Assembly (NCBI GenBank): GCA_043228905.1
Contig: JBHGNT010000014.1
Span: 9,362,001 to 9,426,000 of the forward strand
Source: Azolla caroliniana
Taxonomy: Eukaryota; Plantae; Polypodiophyta
Length of the DNA stretch: 64,000 bases
Direction: 5' to 3'
Shown: in pieces, positions 51,297-64,000 of the stretch
How the letters are laid out: every line of letters begins with the position of its first letter
Position numbering within the stretch: the stretch's first letter is position 1
Translations under genes and position numbers: made by a program
The notes under the pieces: generated by a model
What the model saw: the letters and a program-made list of their open reading frames with translations, nothing else
What the model was told of the DNA's origin: nothing
Database searches by the model: none

Positions 51297-54200
51297 TGTT
51301 GGGAGACAGGTCCCTCCGGATGGGAAGAGAAAAGAACCGTATGAGGAGTACCCGGCTACGGAGAGCCGGATCATGCAGACCCGGTGAAGACCGAATGAGG
51401 AGTACCCGGCTACGGAGAGCTGGATGGCGCAGACCCGGTGAGGAATGCTCTCCGGATGAAGAGACATATTCGTAAATATGTTTCTGAAGAGCTCATCATG
51501 GCTATATTTGTAGATAGCCGAAAAGTCATATTAGTATAAATATGACTTAGGGCAAACTTTTAGATGACTGTTGTTGTTATTCTTGTTGGTGCAAGAATAG
51601 AGTGAGCGCGTAACAGTGTACAGAGAGAGAGAGAGAGCAAGAGGCCGTTGCCTCTGTTGTAACCGCCGCCTGTGGCGAGGATCATGAGCACGAGGTCGTT
51701 GCCTCCGTGAACTCACTGTTGTACATTCTAGCATAGTGATAGTTTGCAGTCTGTGGGCTGCCGTGGTTTTTCCCTCTTTGGGTTTTCCACGTAAACATCC
51801 CGTGTACTCTTCTCCTCTTTGTGTCGTGCTTTCATTTCCCATTTTCTGTGCATGAATCTAAGCTTGGTTGCGGCCGAGCGTTGCGTATAGGGGAGCGTAC
51901 AATTCCCGTCAAGTGGTGTCAGAAGGAAACGACACAGAAAATGGACGAATCGTTTGGCGGCATGTTCAAGCTCACCGGCTCCAACTATTCAGTGTGGAAG
52001 TCGAAGATGAGGGACATGCTCATGGTTAAAGACCTCTGGCTGCCGGTTCAGTTCGGGGACAAGAGACCGGACAAAATCGACGCCGCGATATGGGAGGTGA
52101 TGCACATGAAGACAACGGTGTACATACGGTGCTTCATCGACATGAGCCTGTACAACAACTTCAATGAAGAGAGCAAGGCTCATGAGCTCTGGGAGAAGAT
52201 CGGAATAATGTTTCAGAACAAAAATGTTGTTAATCAGGTTTCGGTATTCCGGAAGCTAGTAAGACTCCGGTACCAAGATGGCTCCAGCATGGCGGAGCAC
52301 ATGAATGCCTTCCAGGGGCTGATCCACCAGGCAACTTCATTGGAAGTACCTCTCGCCAATGAGGTACTAGCGCTACTCCTGCTCGGTTCCCTCCCGGATA
52401 GCTGGGAGACGTTGGTTGTCACTTTGGGCAACGCCGGGCCGGAAAGAAAACGGTTATCCCTAGCAAGAGTGAAGTCGAGCCTGCTAGATGAGGAGGCGTG
52501 TCGGAAAGATAAGGATACGAGCTCCGACTCCAAAGCGCTCCTTACCGAATCGGAAAGCGGAAGACATAGAAACCATAGTCCCTAGAACCGGGAGAAGTCG
52601 GGGACACGGTCAAAGTCAAGGGGGAGGCCTACTTGCTTCTATTGCAGCAAACCGGGACACTTCCAGAAGAACTGTCGGCACTTCCGTAAATACAAGGAAA
52701 CCGACGGCACCGATTCGAAGCGGACACCGGACCGGAACGGTAAAGACCGTAGGGGACTGGACCGGAAGGGAACGATGGCAATCGTGGCAAATGAAGAGGA
52801 GTTGATGCTCATCACCGAGGAGAGTGAGATAAACCTTGCTGGCGACGAGATGACCTGGGTGGTAGACTCCGGAGTGTCGTTCCACCTTACCCCGGACCGG
52901 AAATGCTTCTCATCCTACTCAGCCGGTGATCACGGTTGTGTCCGGATGGGGAATGAAGGTACATGCCGAATTGTCGGCATAGGAGACGTGTGGCTGTCGA
53001 CACCAACCGGATGCAAGTTGCTGTTGAGGGATGTCCGACATGTTCCAGAGGTTAGACTGAACCTGATACCAACCGGTCGGCTAGATGATGAGGGCTACAC
53101 GGGTAGCATCCGGAACGGTGTCATGAAGTTCAGCAAAGGGAGCCTGATTGTGGCTCGGGCCCGGAAGGTAAACACACTGTACCTGATGAATGCCCGGTTA
53201 TGCCCGGAAGAAGTGAACATGGCATCCGACACTGCCGGTGAGCTATGGCACAAGAGGCTGTGTCATATGAGCGAGAAGGGGATGAAGAGGCTTGCAGACG
53301 ACAACCTCATTCCAATGAAGAACGTGCACTTAGAGAAGTGCACTCATTGTCTCGCCGGTAAGCAGAATTGGACCTCCTTCCGACCAAGGCCACCGATGAG
53401 ACGTAATGCACCACTGGAGTTGGTGCATTCAGATGTGTGTCAAGTAGACACGAAGTCACATGCTGGAGCGCAGTACTTCATGACATTCATAGATGACCAC
53501 AGCCGGAAGCTGTGGGCCACACCGTTGAAGACGAAGGATCAAGTGTTATCCTTCTTCAAAGAGCTCCACGTGAGAGTGGAAAGAGAAACCGGCCGGAAGT
53601 TGAAGGCGGTTCGAGCAGATAACGGAGGAGAATACCGGGAGCAGATCGAGGTGTACTGCCGCTCGAAGGGAATCCGGCTCGAATTTACCGTGCCAAAGAC
53701 GCCGGAACTAAACGGACTGGCCGAGAGGATGAACCGGACCATAATGGAGAGGGTCTGGAGTATGCTAGCGCATGCAAAACTACCCGAGAAGTTTTGGGCT
53801 GAGGCACTGTTGACGGCGACATATGTGATAAATAGATCACCCTCAGTACCCTTGGACGGAGACATGCCACAGAGAGTGTGGACCAATAAGGAAGTATCCT
53901 ACCGGCATCTGAAGGTTTTCGGGTGTCTTGCGTACGTGCATGTAGCTAAGGACCGGAGAGGAAAGTTAGATCCAAAGACCCGGCCATGCATATTCCTCGG
54001 TTACGGTGACAATGAGTTTGGCTACCGAGTGTGGGACCTAGTCGACAAGAAGGTATTCTGGAGTCGAGATATTATCTTCATGGAGAACAAGGCGCTCGCC
54101 GACTGGGAGTCGGAGAAGAAGACAATGAACTCCGAGTCGACCGGTAAGGATCGACTCTACGATGAGCAGACCCAACCGGCAAGAGACCGGTTAGCACTCG

Positions 54201-54732
54201 AGGGACCAGCGGGTTATGGTGAGGATACCGAACAGGCTGAAGAAGAAGTACAGGAAGCTGAAACCGGAACCAGCCAAGACCCCGAATCGGATTCGGATGA
54301 AGAGCAGATGGATGAGCCGGTCACCGAAGCCCAGAGACGGAGATATCCTCTCAGAGAGAGAAGGCCCCCCCGGAGATTTCCGGATGCAGATCATGTTCTG
54401 CTGACCAATGAGGGGAGCTGAAAAGCTTCAAAGAAGCGAAGGAAGACACCCACCGCCGAAAATGGTTAAGTGCCATGCAGGATGAGATGGATTCCTTGCA
54501 TGAGAACCATATGTACGAATTGGTGGAGTTGCCGAAAGGAAAGCGGGCACTCCGAAACAAGTGGGTGTACAAGTTGAAACCGGGAGATGCCGGCAACCCC
54601 CCGAGATACAAAGCTAGGATCGTGGTGAAGGGGTTCCAGCAGAAAAAGGGCGTGGACTTTGACGAGATATTTGCTCCGGCAGTAAAGATGACCTCCATCC
54701 GGACTGTGCTGAGTATAGCGGCAAGCATGGAC
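51297..54732 (+). mobile_element. Element N: 3'-truncated Tnt1/Tork-like copia related to L and O
   Basis: 5' LTR 51297-51911, degenerate Met PBS at 51914, gag from ATG 51941, stop at 52583, PR-IN ORF 52775-54421, start of RT ending abruptly at ASMD. Confidence 0.88.
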
Positions 54733-55051
54733 CGAATCAAGAGTCGGAAGAGAAAGGGTTCATCTTGCTATCAAGCATTGTAAAGTTGGTAAAATCTTGT
54801 ATTCGTAATATACATCATGTTCATATCATATATTTTTTTTCTTAAATCATACTTTGTCTCTATCTTGCTTCTTGAATCATATATTGTCTCTATCTTCTAT
54901 CTATTCTCGTCTCTCTCTCTCACACATTACTCGTAACTCTTCTTCTTGCTACTCTTAACCTTTCTAACATCACCATACAAGCCTTATTAAAATTTAAGTT
55001 CCTTCAACTCCCCTTAACCTTCGTCCCTGCGACTTCGCCGCACGAACCACA
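54733..55051. other. Unassigned AT/CT-rich segment, probably an LTR fragment
   Basis: Non-coding, contains a (CT)n tract and ends ..AACCACA between two truncated elements. No partner copy seen. Confidence 0.3.
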
Positions 55052-55052
55052 A

Positions 55053-56865
55053 CTACCCCGACACCGGTCCCCATACATTCGAATGGATTAGATCGAGTTT
55101 GTTATGGCTCTGGTTTTGTTCAGTGGGGAATGGAAGCCGGTGTTGCTTCCCAAGTTGGCAGGCTTCACGAATTTCGGCCTTCCGGCCACTAAATTTGGGC
55201 AAACTGAAAACAACTTGTTTCAATTGCAGGTCTTGAAGCCTCCAATAGTTGACGTGGCTGATCCTCTTATGCCAGAGATCGATGTTGTACTCAATCTTCT
55301 GTCCTTTGGCAAACATGGCAGTACCGACGTCATTAGTGTTGAGGATGAATATTCTCCCTTCCCTGCTCCCTTGCGCAATTATCTGGCCTTCTTCCTTGAT
55401 GAAGCACCTACATCCTCTGGTCAACTATTAGTCCAACCGACACCAGGTTCTTTGTGATAGTTGGAACGTGTAGTACGTTCATCAGCTTCCCCTTTTCTCC
55501 AACATGGCTTAAAGGGACTTCTCCAATATGCACAATTGGGTGTGGGGTGTCGTCTCTGGTTTCGACGATTCCCGGTTGTTCCGGTTTCTCCAAAAACGAA
55601 CACCACTCTTCATGACTCATCATGTGGTTGGACGCTCCGGAATCAAAGTACCATTCTTCCTGTGATCCAGAAGTAGTCTTCTTCATCGAGTTAGCCTTGT
55701 GCTTCATCACGAAGGCTGCCCTGTTACTAGTCTTCCCGGTTTTGGATCCTTTCGATCCTTCTACGTAGTGAGAGCTTTGTCGGTTTTCCAGACTGGTTTT
55801 GCCGTATCCGGATTTCTCCGTATTGGCGCGCTTTTTCTAGCATTCGCTTTCCCTGTGGCCCTTTTTTCCACAGTACTAGCATTTCGTGTCGGGTTTTCCT
55901 TGCTGGCTTCCGGCGCCGCTTTGACTCGCCCTACTTATGGAGGGTCTGGAACTGCTATCAGCACTACCTCTGTGCCTCCAGTCTTGCTCTTGCCGGCAGC
56001 CTCCATTGTGTGCCAACCCATCTCGCCCACCACTTCCATGGGGCCGATCTATCTCTATGTACAACATTCGGCCATCCGATTGAGTGGTCCTCGACCCACT
56101 CACATGGTTTTCTTTGATCATTACCATCGTGGCTTCTCCTGGGTGCAGATCGCTGTCTGGATTGGCCCGTACCTTTGCGCTAGACCACCGAGGCAGATTT
56201 GTACTATCTCGTTTTCGTCCACTGTCTCGTTGATGGACCCGAGTGCATCACAAATCTCCTTTATCTTGGTGGTGTCATCCGTAACCGACATGTCTCTTTG
56301 TCGGATGTTTTTTAGCTCTTGCCGGAGCTGCAACTTACGAGTTGAGGTACTCGCGACAGAAATCTTCCTCAGATTTCCCCAGGCCTCCTTCGGCGTTTTT
56401 GCATCCTTTATGTCGCCGAGCATTTGGCCATGCACACAGGAAGTGAAGCAGTACAATACTCGGCTCACTCTTTACTCCCATGCCGGGAAGTCATTGTCTG
56501 TCGGCTCCGGTGCTACCTCGTTCCTTCCTTCCACGAAGCTCCAATATCCATGCCCCAACAGGTACTGGTGCATCTTGTATGACCAGGACGCGCAGTTGCT
56601 CTAGTCAAGCTTCTCTGTTGGAAGTGAACTCGCCATCCCTCTGTCCATATCTTCTCTTTGTCTGTTTTTCCCGGGTTCTAGGGTTCGTCAACAAAAGCAA
56701 GTGTCGGCTGCAAAGGTTCTCAACCCTCATGCTCTGATACCATGTCAATGTTAACTTCCGGAAGTGTTAGACAGAACCGGCTCACTCGCATGATGAAGGT
56801 TTAATGGTGAGCCTTAACCCACAAAGAGTATATGCGGGAGAGAGAGAGAGAGAGAGAGAAAAAGA
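55053..56865 (-). mobile_element. Element P: 5' fragment of a G-related copia (partial LTR, PBS, gag-PR-start of IN)
   Basis: Reverse-complement PBS at 56731-56742. U5-like LTR stub 56743-~56865 resembles G's LTR. Gag, protease and GAG-pre-integrase remnants (WYFDSGAS, LWHKRI). Confidence 0.85.
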
Positions 56866-57408
56866 CGTATTGGCGGCGAATATCTTCCTTAGATTCTCCC
56901 ATGCTTCCTTTGGCGTTGTGGCTTCTCAAATGTAGCTGAGCATGTGTTCATGAACACATGTTGCCAAACAATATATTACTTGACTCGCCGCTTTCTCCCA
57001 TGTTGCGTAGTCGGCGTCCTTTGGGTTGGGTCAATTTTCTTGTGATCCTTTGATGTAGCTCCAATAGCCTTGACCGACAAGGTATTGGTGCATCTTGTAC
57101 TCCCAAGATGCGAAGTTGTTTTGGTCCAACTTCTTGCTAGGGAGAGCGCTCCCCATTTGAGTACTCATGGTGTTCAATGTAGATGTCTTCCTTCATCTTC
57201 TCTCTTGATTACGAGCTATGTAGCGACACTACGATAGTGATGAGCCGGATTTCTTTGAATCGTCGGTGTAGACACAACACACGGTTACGATGAGGCGAGT
57301 GGGCTAGATAAAGCTACCAAATCGCTCTGATACCATGTAAAGAATCGATGGTGATTCTTGTGCAGTGGAATAGGTTAGAGATGTGTCTTATGTGTGTGTG
57401 TGTGTGTA

Positions 57409-57441
<33 letters not shown>

Positions 57442-57739
57442 AGACACAAGATTGATAATAGAAAATACTCAAGAGGATTGTATATTACAAAGGAGATTAA
57501 TCGAAATATTAGAAAGTAGGAGGAGAGTGCTTTATATAGTCACTCTCTCTCTTCATTAACTACCGGAGCTCATGTGTCATGGGGAATGTGGAAACTCATT
57601 AGTTATGTGTCATAGAATATGATTCTATGACACATAGTTAATGTGTAAATAGTAGTGGTGTGACTTTTGACCTTTGAATGTTCATACACTCTCAACGGTG
57701 TGTTCACACACTAGGCTAGGTTGAGCTTGATTCTCAACA
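56866..57739 (-). mobile_element. Element Q: 5' end of a family-F copia (LTR 57336-57739, PBS, gag N-terminus)
   Basis: Reverse-complement Met PBS at 57324-57335. Gag ATG at 57168 (MSTQMGSALPSKKLDQNNFASWEYKMHQYL). Confidence 0.85.
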
Positions 57740-60528
57740 ATAATAGTAAGTGTTTGTCTCCTCATTCTTAGTTTACTTTTTACTTTTACTTTTTTCTTCT
57801 TCTATCTCCTTCTTCCTTCTTCTTTTTCTTTTATCTTTTCTCTCCTTTTGCAACCACAACTTCTTCTTCTTCTACTTCTTCTTCTTGTAGAGGAGGAACT
57901 ATGTGGTGTGAGCCACCCCTTAGGGCTGGAAGTGTGGTAGGCGGGCACCAGGAGCATAACCTGAGTAGGCTCGACGGATCGGGTCAACAACACTAGCGAT
58001 CCTACAGTGCCCTGCTGGTGAATGTCGTCAAATTTCCCCCAATCGCCGACCCTAGCTCGCTACATTACACGATCTCTTAAATGTTTATTACAATAGCAAC
58101 CACTAGAAGCAAGCCCCCCTCCCTCGCCTAGATTGGGGGTGTTGGCCACATCGCTGCTACAAGAGTCGAACGGGTGGTAACACCAAATGGTGGCCCAACT
58201 AAGCTGCACACCCTCTCCTCTAGCAACAGAGTTTCTTCCCTCGTCTTCGGTTTGTCCTTGACCACCCCTCACCCTGTTTGCTCCTGCCGCACCCACCCTT
58301 CCACTGTCTCACGACCTGTGGAACACCACCACCAATCCCACTTACGCCCCTTCCGTTCAACCCCATTGGTCGTTTGTCGTTGTCATGCCATACCCTTATT
58401 CCATTTTCTTTGGGAATAGTGACGCGGAGGAGCGCTTACGTGCATACCTCCGCACGTGGTTGGTAAACCACGCCGACCAACGGTTAGTGGGGCCAGATCT
58501 GGTGTCTTCACATGTGATGGAGTTCGGTCTATCACTGGATGGCCCACCCGCCACATGGTTCAAGCCACAACCTTTGACCACCTTTACGACATTCGATAGC
58601 GTTTCCACACGTTTCAAGAAATTATTTCAACGGCGTGTACTATTGAAACAACTCTGCATTGCCTATTACTGAGTAATGCAAGCGGATGGCGAGCACATAA
58701 TAGACTACTCCATGAGGTTTTAGACCCTCATGCAATGCTTGCCCAGTCCTCCACCGGAGGAGGACAAGATCGACACGTTTATCTGGGGTGTCCGCCTACC
58801 TTTCCGAACTTACCTCGTCTAGTTGGACTTCACACAGTCCCCTTAGAGGATGTATTCGATCAAGCACTCCATTGTGAGGACACACCTTGGGTGCCACCCG
58901 GCCCTTCACAAGCTATCCCAATATCCATGGTACTTCTACAAGCTGCCACTACAATTGCCGCCACAACAACCAGGGCTACCATCGGTTGCGACAACGATAT
59001 GGACGATGATTCAACAACCAGTCACGCCACAAAATGCAACTGACACAAGACCGACCAACCCCTCCTACATAGAACCTCGTCCCTCGTTGTTTCCGTTGCA
59101 ACAAGTCGGGCCATTTTTAGAACGACTGCCCGCAAAATCTCGACACTAACAACGGACCAACAGTCAATTTGATCACAGTTGATGTACAGATGGTCCAGAC
59201 TCAGTCTCGGACCCACAAAACTACCTGGCAGGCGTAGGATGAAGTGCATTGCCAAATGCAAGCCTGGGTAGGGTCGGACGGAAATGACGCAGACACTCTG
59301 TCAGGAAAGGACATCATTCGGCTCCTAGAGCCCTGTAATATTACACTCTCGCTAGGTCGTCTCCTCAATCTTTGTCATGCCTATTGAACCCAGTCCAAAA
59401 CCCTAATTTGCGTGATCAACATTGCCATGTCCTCTCCCTCTGCATCAATGGCCAACATGTGCAAGGGGTTGTCATCAACGGTGGGTCGGGAGTCAATGTA
59501 ATCAGCGAGGCCACTTGATGTGACCTCGACATCTTGGATTGGGCCCGTTGCCCCTTCCATCTTTGTATGGCAGATACTAGTGCAGTGAGGCCGTTGAGGT
59601 TGCTCAAAGACCTCCCTATCATGGTAGACGGCGAAACATTGCAAATCTCCGTAGTGGTGTTGCCCCTTGCCGATAACGGCCGATATCCTCTCCTCCTTAT
59701 ACGACTATGGCTTCATGCGGTCCAGATCAAGCAGAACTGGTCGAATAATCGGCTCACAATCCATCACAATAGCCACAAAATCCGCGTTGACACAACCGCG
59801 ACCCCTAGACCACTGCAAGCAATTACTCTAGTGTGCGGCGAAACAGTCAACATGCTTGATGGAATGAGGAAGAGGAAGTCGAAGCGTATCAAGAGGAAAA
59901 TCCTGATTTTGTACCATTGTTCGAAATAAACGTACTCAACATCCTTGAGGAACGCACAAAGTTGTTTGAGTCGACTGTCAAGTCCTCCCTAGATGCGGAA
60001 TCACAAACTTGGAACGTGACCTCACACTATGACAAAGGGTTCAAGCAACTGAGATGGAGGAACGGAACCTAGGAACGGAGGGCGCATCCCGCATAGTCCT
60101 AGTAGCAAAGCATCTTCTCGATTCCTTTCGAACACAATTGGAGTGTCTTTTGCATTCGTACAAGGATGTTTTTCTATGGTCACACACGGACATGCCAATG
60201 CTCGACCTATAGATTTATCATCACAAAATTAATTTGAAAGGCAACGCAAAGGCCGTCCAACAAAATGAACCCTAATTACGTCAAAAAATTCAAGGAATAA
60301 ATCAACAAACTTCTCGTCGCAGGATTCATTTGGTCGGTTAAGAAGGCCACATGGCTCAGCCCAATCATGGTCATCCCGAAGAAGAACGGGAAAATCTGAG
60401 ACTTTGTCGATTATAGCAAGTTGAACGCAAATACAATCATCGATGCATTCCCGCTCCCCTTCACGGACTCCATTCTCGACACAGTTACAACCCATGAACT
60501 CTACAGTTTCCTGGATGGATTCAACAAC
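57740..60528 (+). mobile_element. Element R: heavily decayed non-chromoviral (Athila/Tat-like) gypsy, LTR end-gag-PR-start of RT
   Basis: Possible LTR end GTAACA at 58182 and degenerate PBS TGGTGGCCCAAC. Gag remnant at 58385-58800 (LDGPPATWF). Protease-like region at ~59465-59750. RT (WLSPIMVIPKKNGK..VDYSKLN..FPLPFTD..FLDGF) at 60350-60525. Confidence 0.7.
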
Positions 60529-61669
60529 CATTGGAAGAAATTTGATCCAATCATCTTGTTGATAACTTATCATACATCAGAGATATTGCTCTAGGATCTG
60601 ATTTACTCGTTCCATTTGGCCGTCTGTCTCAGGATGGAAGGTTCCAAGCGTCTGAAAGAGGTGCTTCGAGAAATGGGACATAAATTGGGGACCACCATAA
60701 GAGATAATGTCATCCGGTAAACCATGAAGACGCACAATATTTGTTAAGAATAGATTTGTTGTTTCCATCCCTGAAATTGCTTTAGAACATGGAATAAAAT
60801 GTGCCATCCTTTTGAATCTATCCACCACCACCAATACTGAATTGAATCCCTCAATGTCGGGAAGGTCAGTGATAAAAGCCGTCGAGATGGAGGCCCATGG
60901 CCTACTTGGAATTGGGAAAGGTCGAAGTAGACCATAGGGACAATGATGTACTGCTTTGGCGCGGGCACATGTATCACATGTTTTCACAAATTGTTTAACA
61001 AGTTTCCAAGGTTGCGGCCACCAATAACTTCTAGAGATTAACTCCAAAGTTTTTGTAACGCCAAAATGTCTAGCTAGGGCGTTATCATGGCATTCCTTCA
61101 TGATATGGATACGACAATGACCATCTGGGACATACATTAAGTTGTTCCGGAATAGAAAACCATCTCGAAACATAAATTGGTCTTGACTAAATTCCGTACC
61201 TCCTTTATGGTTGATTTGTTGACTTGATTCTCCTTAATTTCTTTTGCAAATTTGTCGGTGGCAGTATCTATGGCTATTGCGTTGAGTAATGATTCATCGG
61301 CACCCATATATAGCTGCAAAGAGTTGAATATAATGTGGTTGTAGGAGACAACGTGATTGTTGATTGTAGGTCTCATCTCTTGGTCAGATTTCGAATTCCG
61401 AAAGCCGAGATAGGGCATCGGCTTTACCATGTAGGGCACGGGGATGAAAAAAAATTTCAAAGTCGTAGTCAGCCAGGAAGGTTGACCATCGTGCTTGCCT
61501 CCGGTTCAAAATGTGAGTAGTAGTGAAGTAGACAAGGTTCCTGTGATTGGTCACCACCTAGACACAGTGTTGGGCGCCTCCTAAGTAAGGACGCCATTCT
61601 TCAAAGGTTGCAATAATGGCAGAGAGTTCTTTGTCATAAACTAGGTAGTTGATCTCGGGAGGTGTCAAC
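60529..61669 (-). pseudogene. pol: Chromovirus RNase H-integrase fragment
   Basis: ORF 60577-61173 (HFGVTKTLELISRSYWWP, HPETDGQMERVNQ) and RNase H YDKELSAI near 61630. Confidence 0.82.
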
Positions 61670-61944
61670 TGACAAAAACTGCAAGCTCCCTATGCGCAAC
61701 GCTCGGTCACAACCATGCTTAGAATCATACACAGAAAAAACGGGAAATGAAAGCACGACACAATGGAGAGAGGAGTACACTGGATGTTAGCGTGGAAAAA
61801 CCCAAACTTGGGAAAAAACCACGGCAGCCCCTAGACTGCAAACTATCACTATATCAGAATGTACAATAGTGAGCTCACGGAGGCAACGACCTCGTGCTCA
61901 CGATCTTCGCCACAGGCGGCGGTTACAACAGAGGCAGCGACCTC

Positions 61945-61984
<40 letters not shown>

Positions 61985-64000
61985 CACAATTACATGCTCT
62001 CAAGTGTTGCACCAACAAGAATGACAACAACTATATATTCTGTTTCCCTAAGTCATATTTATACTAATATGATTTTTTGGCTATTTACAAATATAGCCCC
62101 GATGGACTCTCAGAAACATACTTACAAATATGTCCATTCATCTGGTGAGCACTCCTCACCGGGCCTGCATCATCCGGTCTCACCGAGTCTTCCGTTTCCG
62201 AGTACTCCTCATCCGGTTCTCACCGGGTCTGCACCATCCGGGTCTTCACCATCCGGAGGCACCTGTTTCCTAACAAACTCCCCCTTCCCTCCGGCATGGG
62301 ATGTCTTACTAGTCCGATCCGCTTCCGGCATGCATCTAGCTTGTCAGCATATCTGACCTGTTCTCGGCCATGTGGACCTTCGTCAGCGCGAACTCTTGGT
62401 CATCTACTCGTTCCCGGATCCAGTGATACCTTAGCTGGATATGCTTCGTCCGGGAATGGTAGGCCGCATTCTTAGCAAGGTGGATGGCACTTTGACTATC
62501 GCAATAGAGCTGGTATTCATCTTCCCGGATACCGAGCTCTCCGATGAAGTCCTTCATCCATAATATTTCCTTGCCGGCTTCCGCAACCGCCATGTACTCC
62601 GCCTCCGTGGTTGACAACGCAACTGTCTTCTGCAACCTCGACTGCCACGAAACAGCAGCCCCTGCATATGTCATTACATACCCGGATGTAGACCGGTTGG
62701 TATCCACATCAGCCGACATGTCCGAGTCGGTAAAACCGTCAAGTTGAGGTTTACAGGAGCCGAATCGGAGACACATATTCGAAGTGCCCTTCAAGTACCG
62801 GAGTATCCATTTGACCGCGTTCCAGTGCTCCTTGCCGGGATTACTCATAAACCGGCTCACCACTCCGACTGTGTATCCTATATCTGGTCGGGAACAAACC
62901 ATTGCGTACATTAAGCTCCCGACGACAGAGGCATATGGAACCTTCATCATATCAACCTTCTCTGCTTTCGTCTTCGGGCTTTGCTTACCGAATCATCTGC
63001 AGTTTGCCGGGAGTGTCGATCCGACCGGTTTCGCATCTGACATGTTGAACCGGTGAAGCACCTTTGTCACATACTTCTCCTATGACAGCCACAATTGCTT
63101 CACTGACCGGTTCCTAATAATATGCATCCCCAGCATCTGTCTTGCCGGACTCAAGTCTTTCATTGAGAAGGTCCGGTTGAGAGCCTTCTTCAGCATCCGT
63201 ATTTTGGCTTGGTCCCGTCCAACGATCAACATGTCGTCCACGTACAGAAGGAGTATCAGGAAGTCGCCTCCTTCGAACTTCTTCACAAACACGCAGTGAT
63301 TGGCCTATGTCTTGTGGTACCCTTGATTAGTCATGAAGGAGTCGAACTTCCGGTACCATTGTCGGGGAGCCTGCTTCAGTCCGTACAGGTTCTTCTTCAA
63401 CTGGCATACCAGGTGCTCCTTCCCTTTCTCCACGAATCCTTCCGGTTGCTGCATGTAGATCTCTTCGAGCTCCATGCTTGCCGCTATACTCAACACCGTC
63501 CGGTTGGAGGTCATCTTTACTACTGGGGAAAATATCTCGTCGAAGTCCACGCCCTTCTTCTGCTGGAACCCCTTCACCATGATCCTGGCTTTGTATCTCG
63601 GAGGGTTGCCGGCGTCTCCCGGTTTCAACTTGTACACCCACTTATTTCGGAGTGCCGGCTTTCCTTTCGGCAACTCCACCAATTCATACGTATGGTTCTC
63701 ATGCAAGGAATCCATCTCATCCTGCATGGCACTTAACCATTTACGGCTGTGGGTGTCATCCTTCGCCTCTACGAAGCTTTCTGGCTCCCCCTCATCGGTT
63801 AGCAGCACATGCTTTTCATCCGGAAATCTCCGGGGGCCCCTTCTCTCTCTGAGAGGATATCTCCGTCTTTGGGCTTCGGTAACCGGCTCCTCCATTTGCT
63901 CTTCATCCGAATCCGATTCGGGATGTTCGCCAGTTCCGGTTTCAGCTTCCTCTACTTCTTCTTCTGTCGGTTCGGTATCCTCACCGTAACCGGCCGGTTC
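61670..64000 (-). mobile_element. Element O: 3' part of a Tnt1/Tork-like copia (N family), continuing beyond the window
   Basis: 3' LTR 61670-62275 homologous to N's LTR. PPT at 62276-62289. RT/RNase H remnants at 62336-63895 with stops and small deletions. Confidence 0.9.

Noticed and set aside
54720-63480. N truncation and O internal deletion both occur at the RT 'ASMD' position, suggesting a breakage hotspot
   Set aside because: O's deletion is explained by a local GACCTCGA direct repeat seen in relative L. Two cases are too few to exclude coincidence.

Overview
Land-plant nuclear DNA; a fern or other non-seed plant is suggested by the Tcn1-like chromoviruses, but this is inference. The first ~1 kb holds one host gene, a two-exon, probably GPI-anchored stellacyanin-type phytocyanin. 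From ~1.9 kb to the end the window is a continuous nest of about 20 LTR-retrotransposon copies, solo LTRs and fragments: Ty1/copia, Tcn1-like chromoviral Ty3/gypsy and Athila/Tat-like gypsy. Most junctions can be resolved by 5-bp TSDs, and nesting reaches five levels (A>H>J>K>L; the letters are my labels). Main observations: (1) The chromoviruses lack a tRNA PBS. They instead carry a Tf1-like self-priming site complementary to the predicted transcript 5' end, which lies in an LTR hairpin and covaries between families. (2) The same LTRs carry antisense tRNA-like A/B boxes at exact tRNA spacing. (3) Three elements show microhomology-bounded inversions, including one with inverted LTRs and one with a 658-bp RT/RNase H inverted repeat. 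(4) A young gypsy derivative has lost gag-pol but keeps a large unknown ORF. (5) One copia lineage has a duplicated PPT with a charged ~500-bp extension. (6) A gypsy leader contains a hairpin-repeat/variable-spacer array. Coordinates and difference counts were read by eye and may be off by a few bases.
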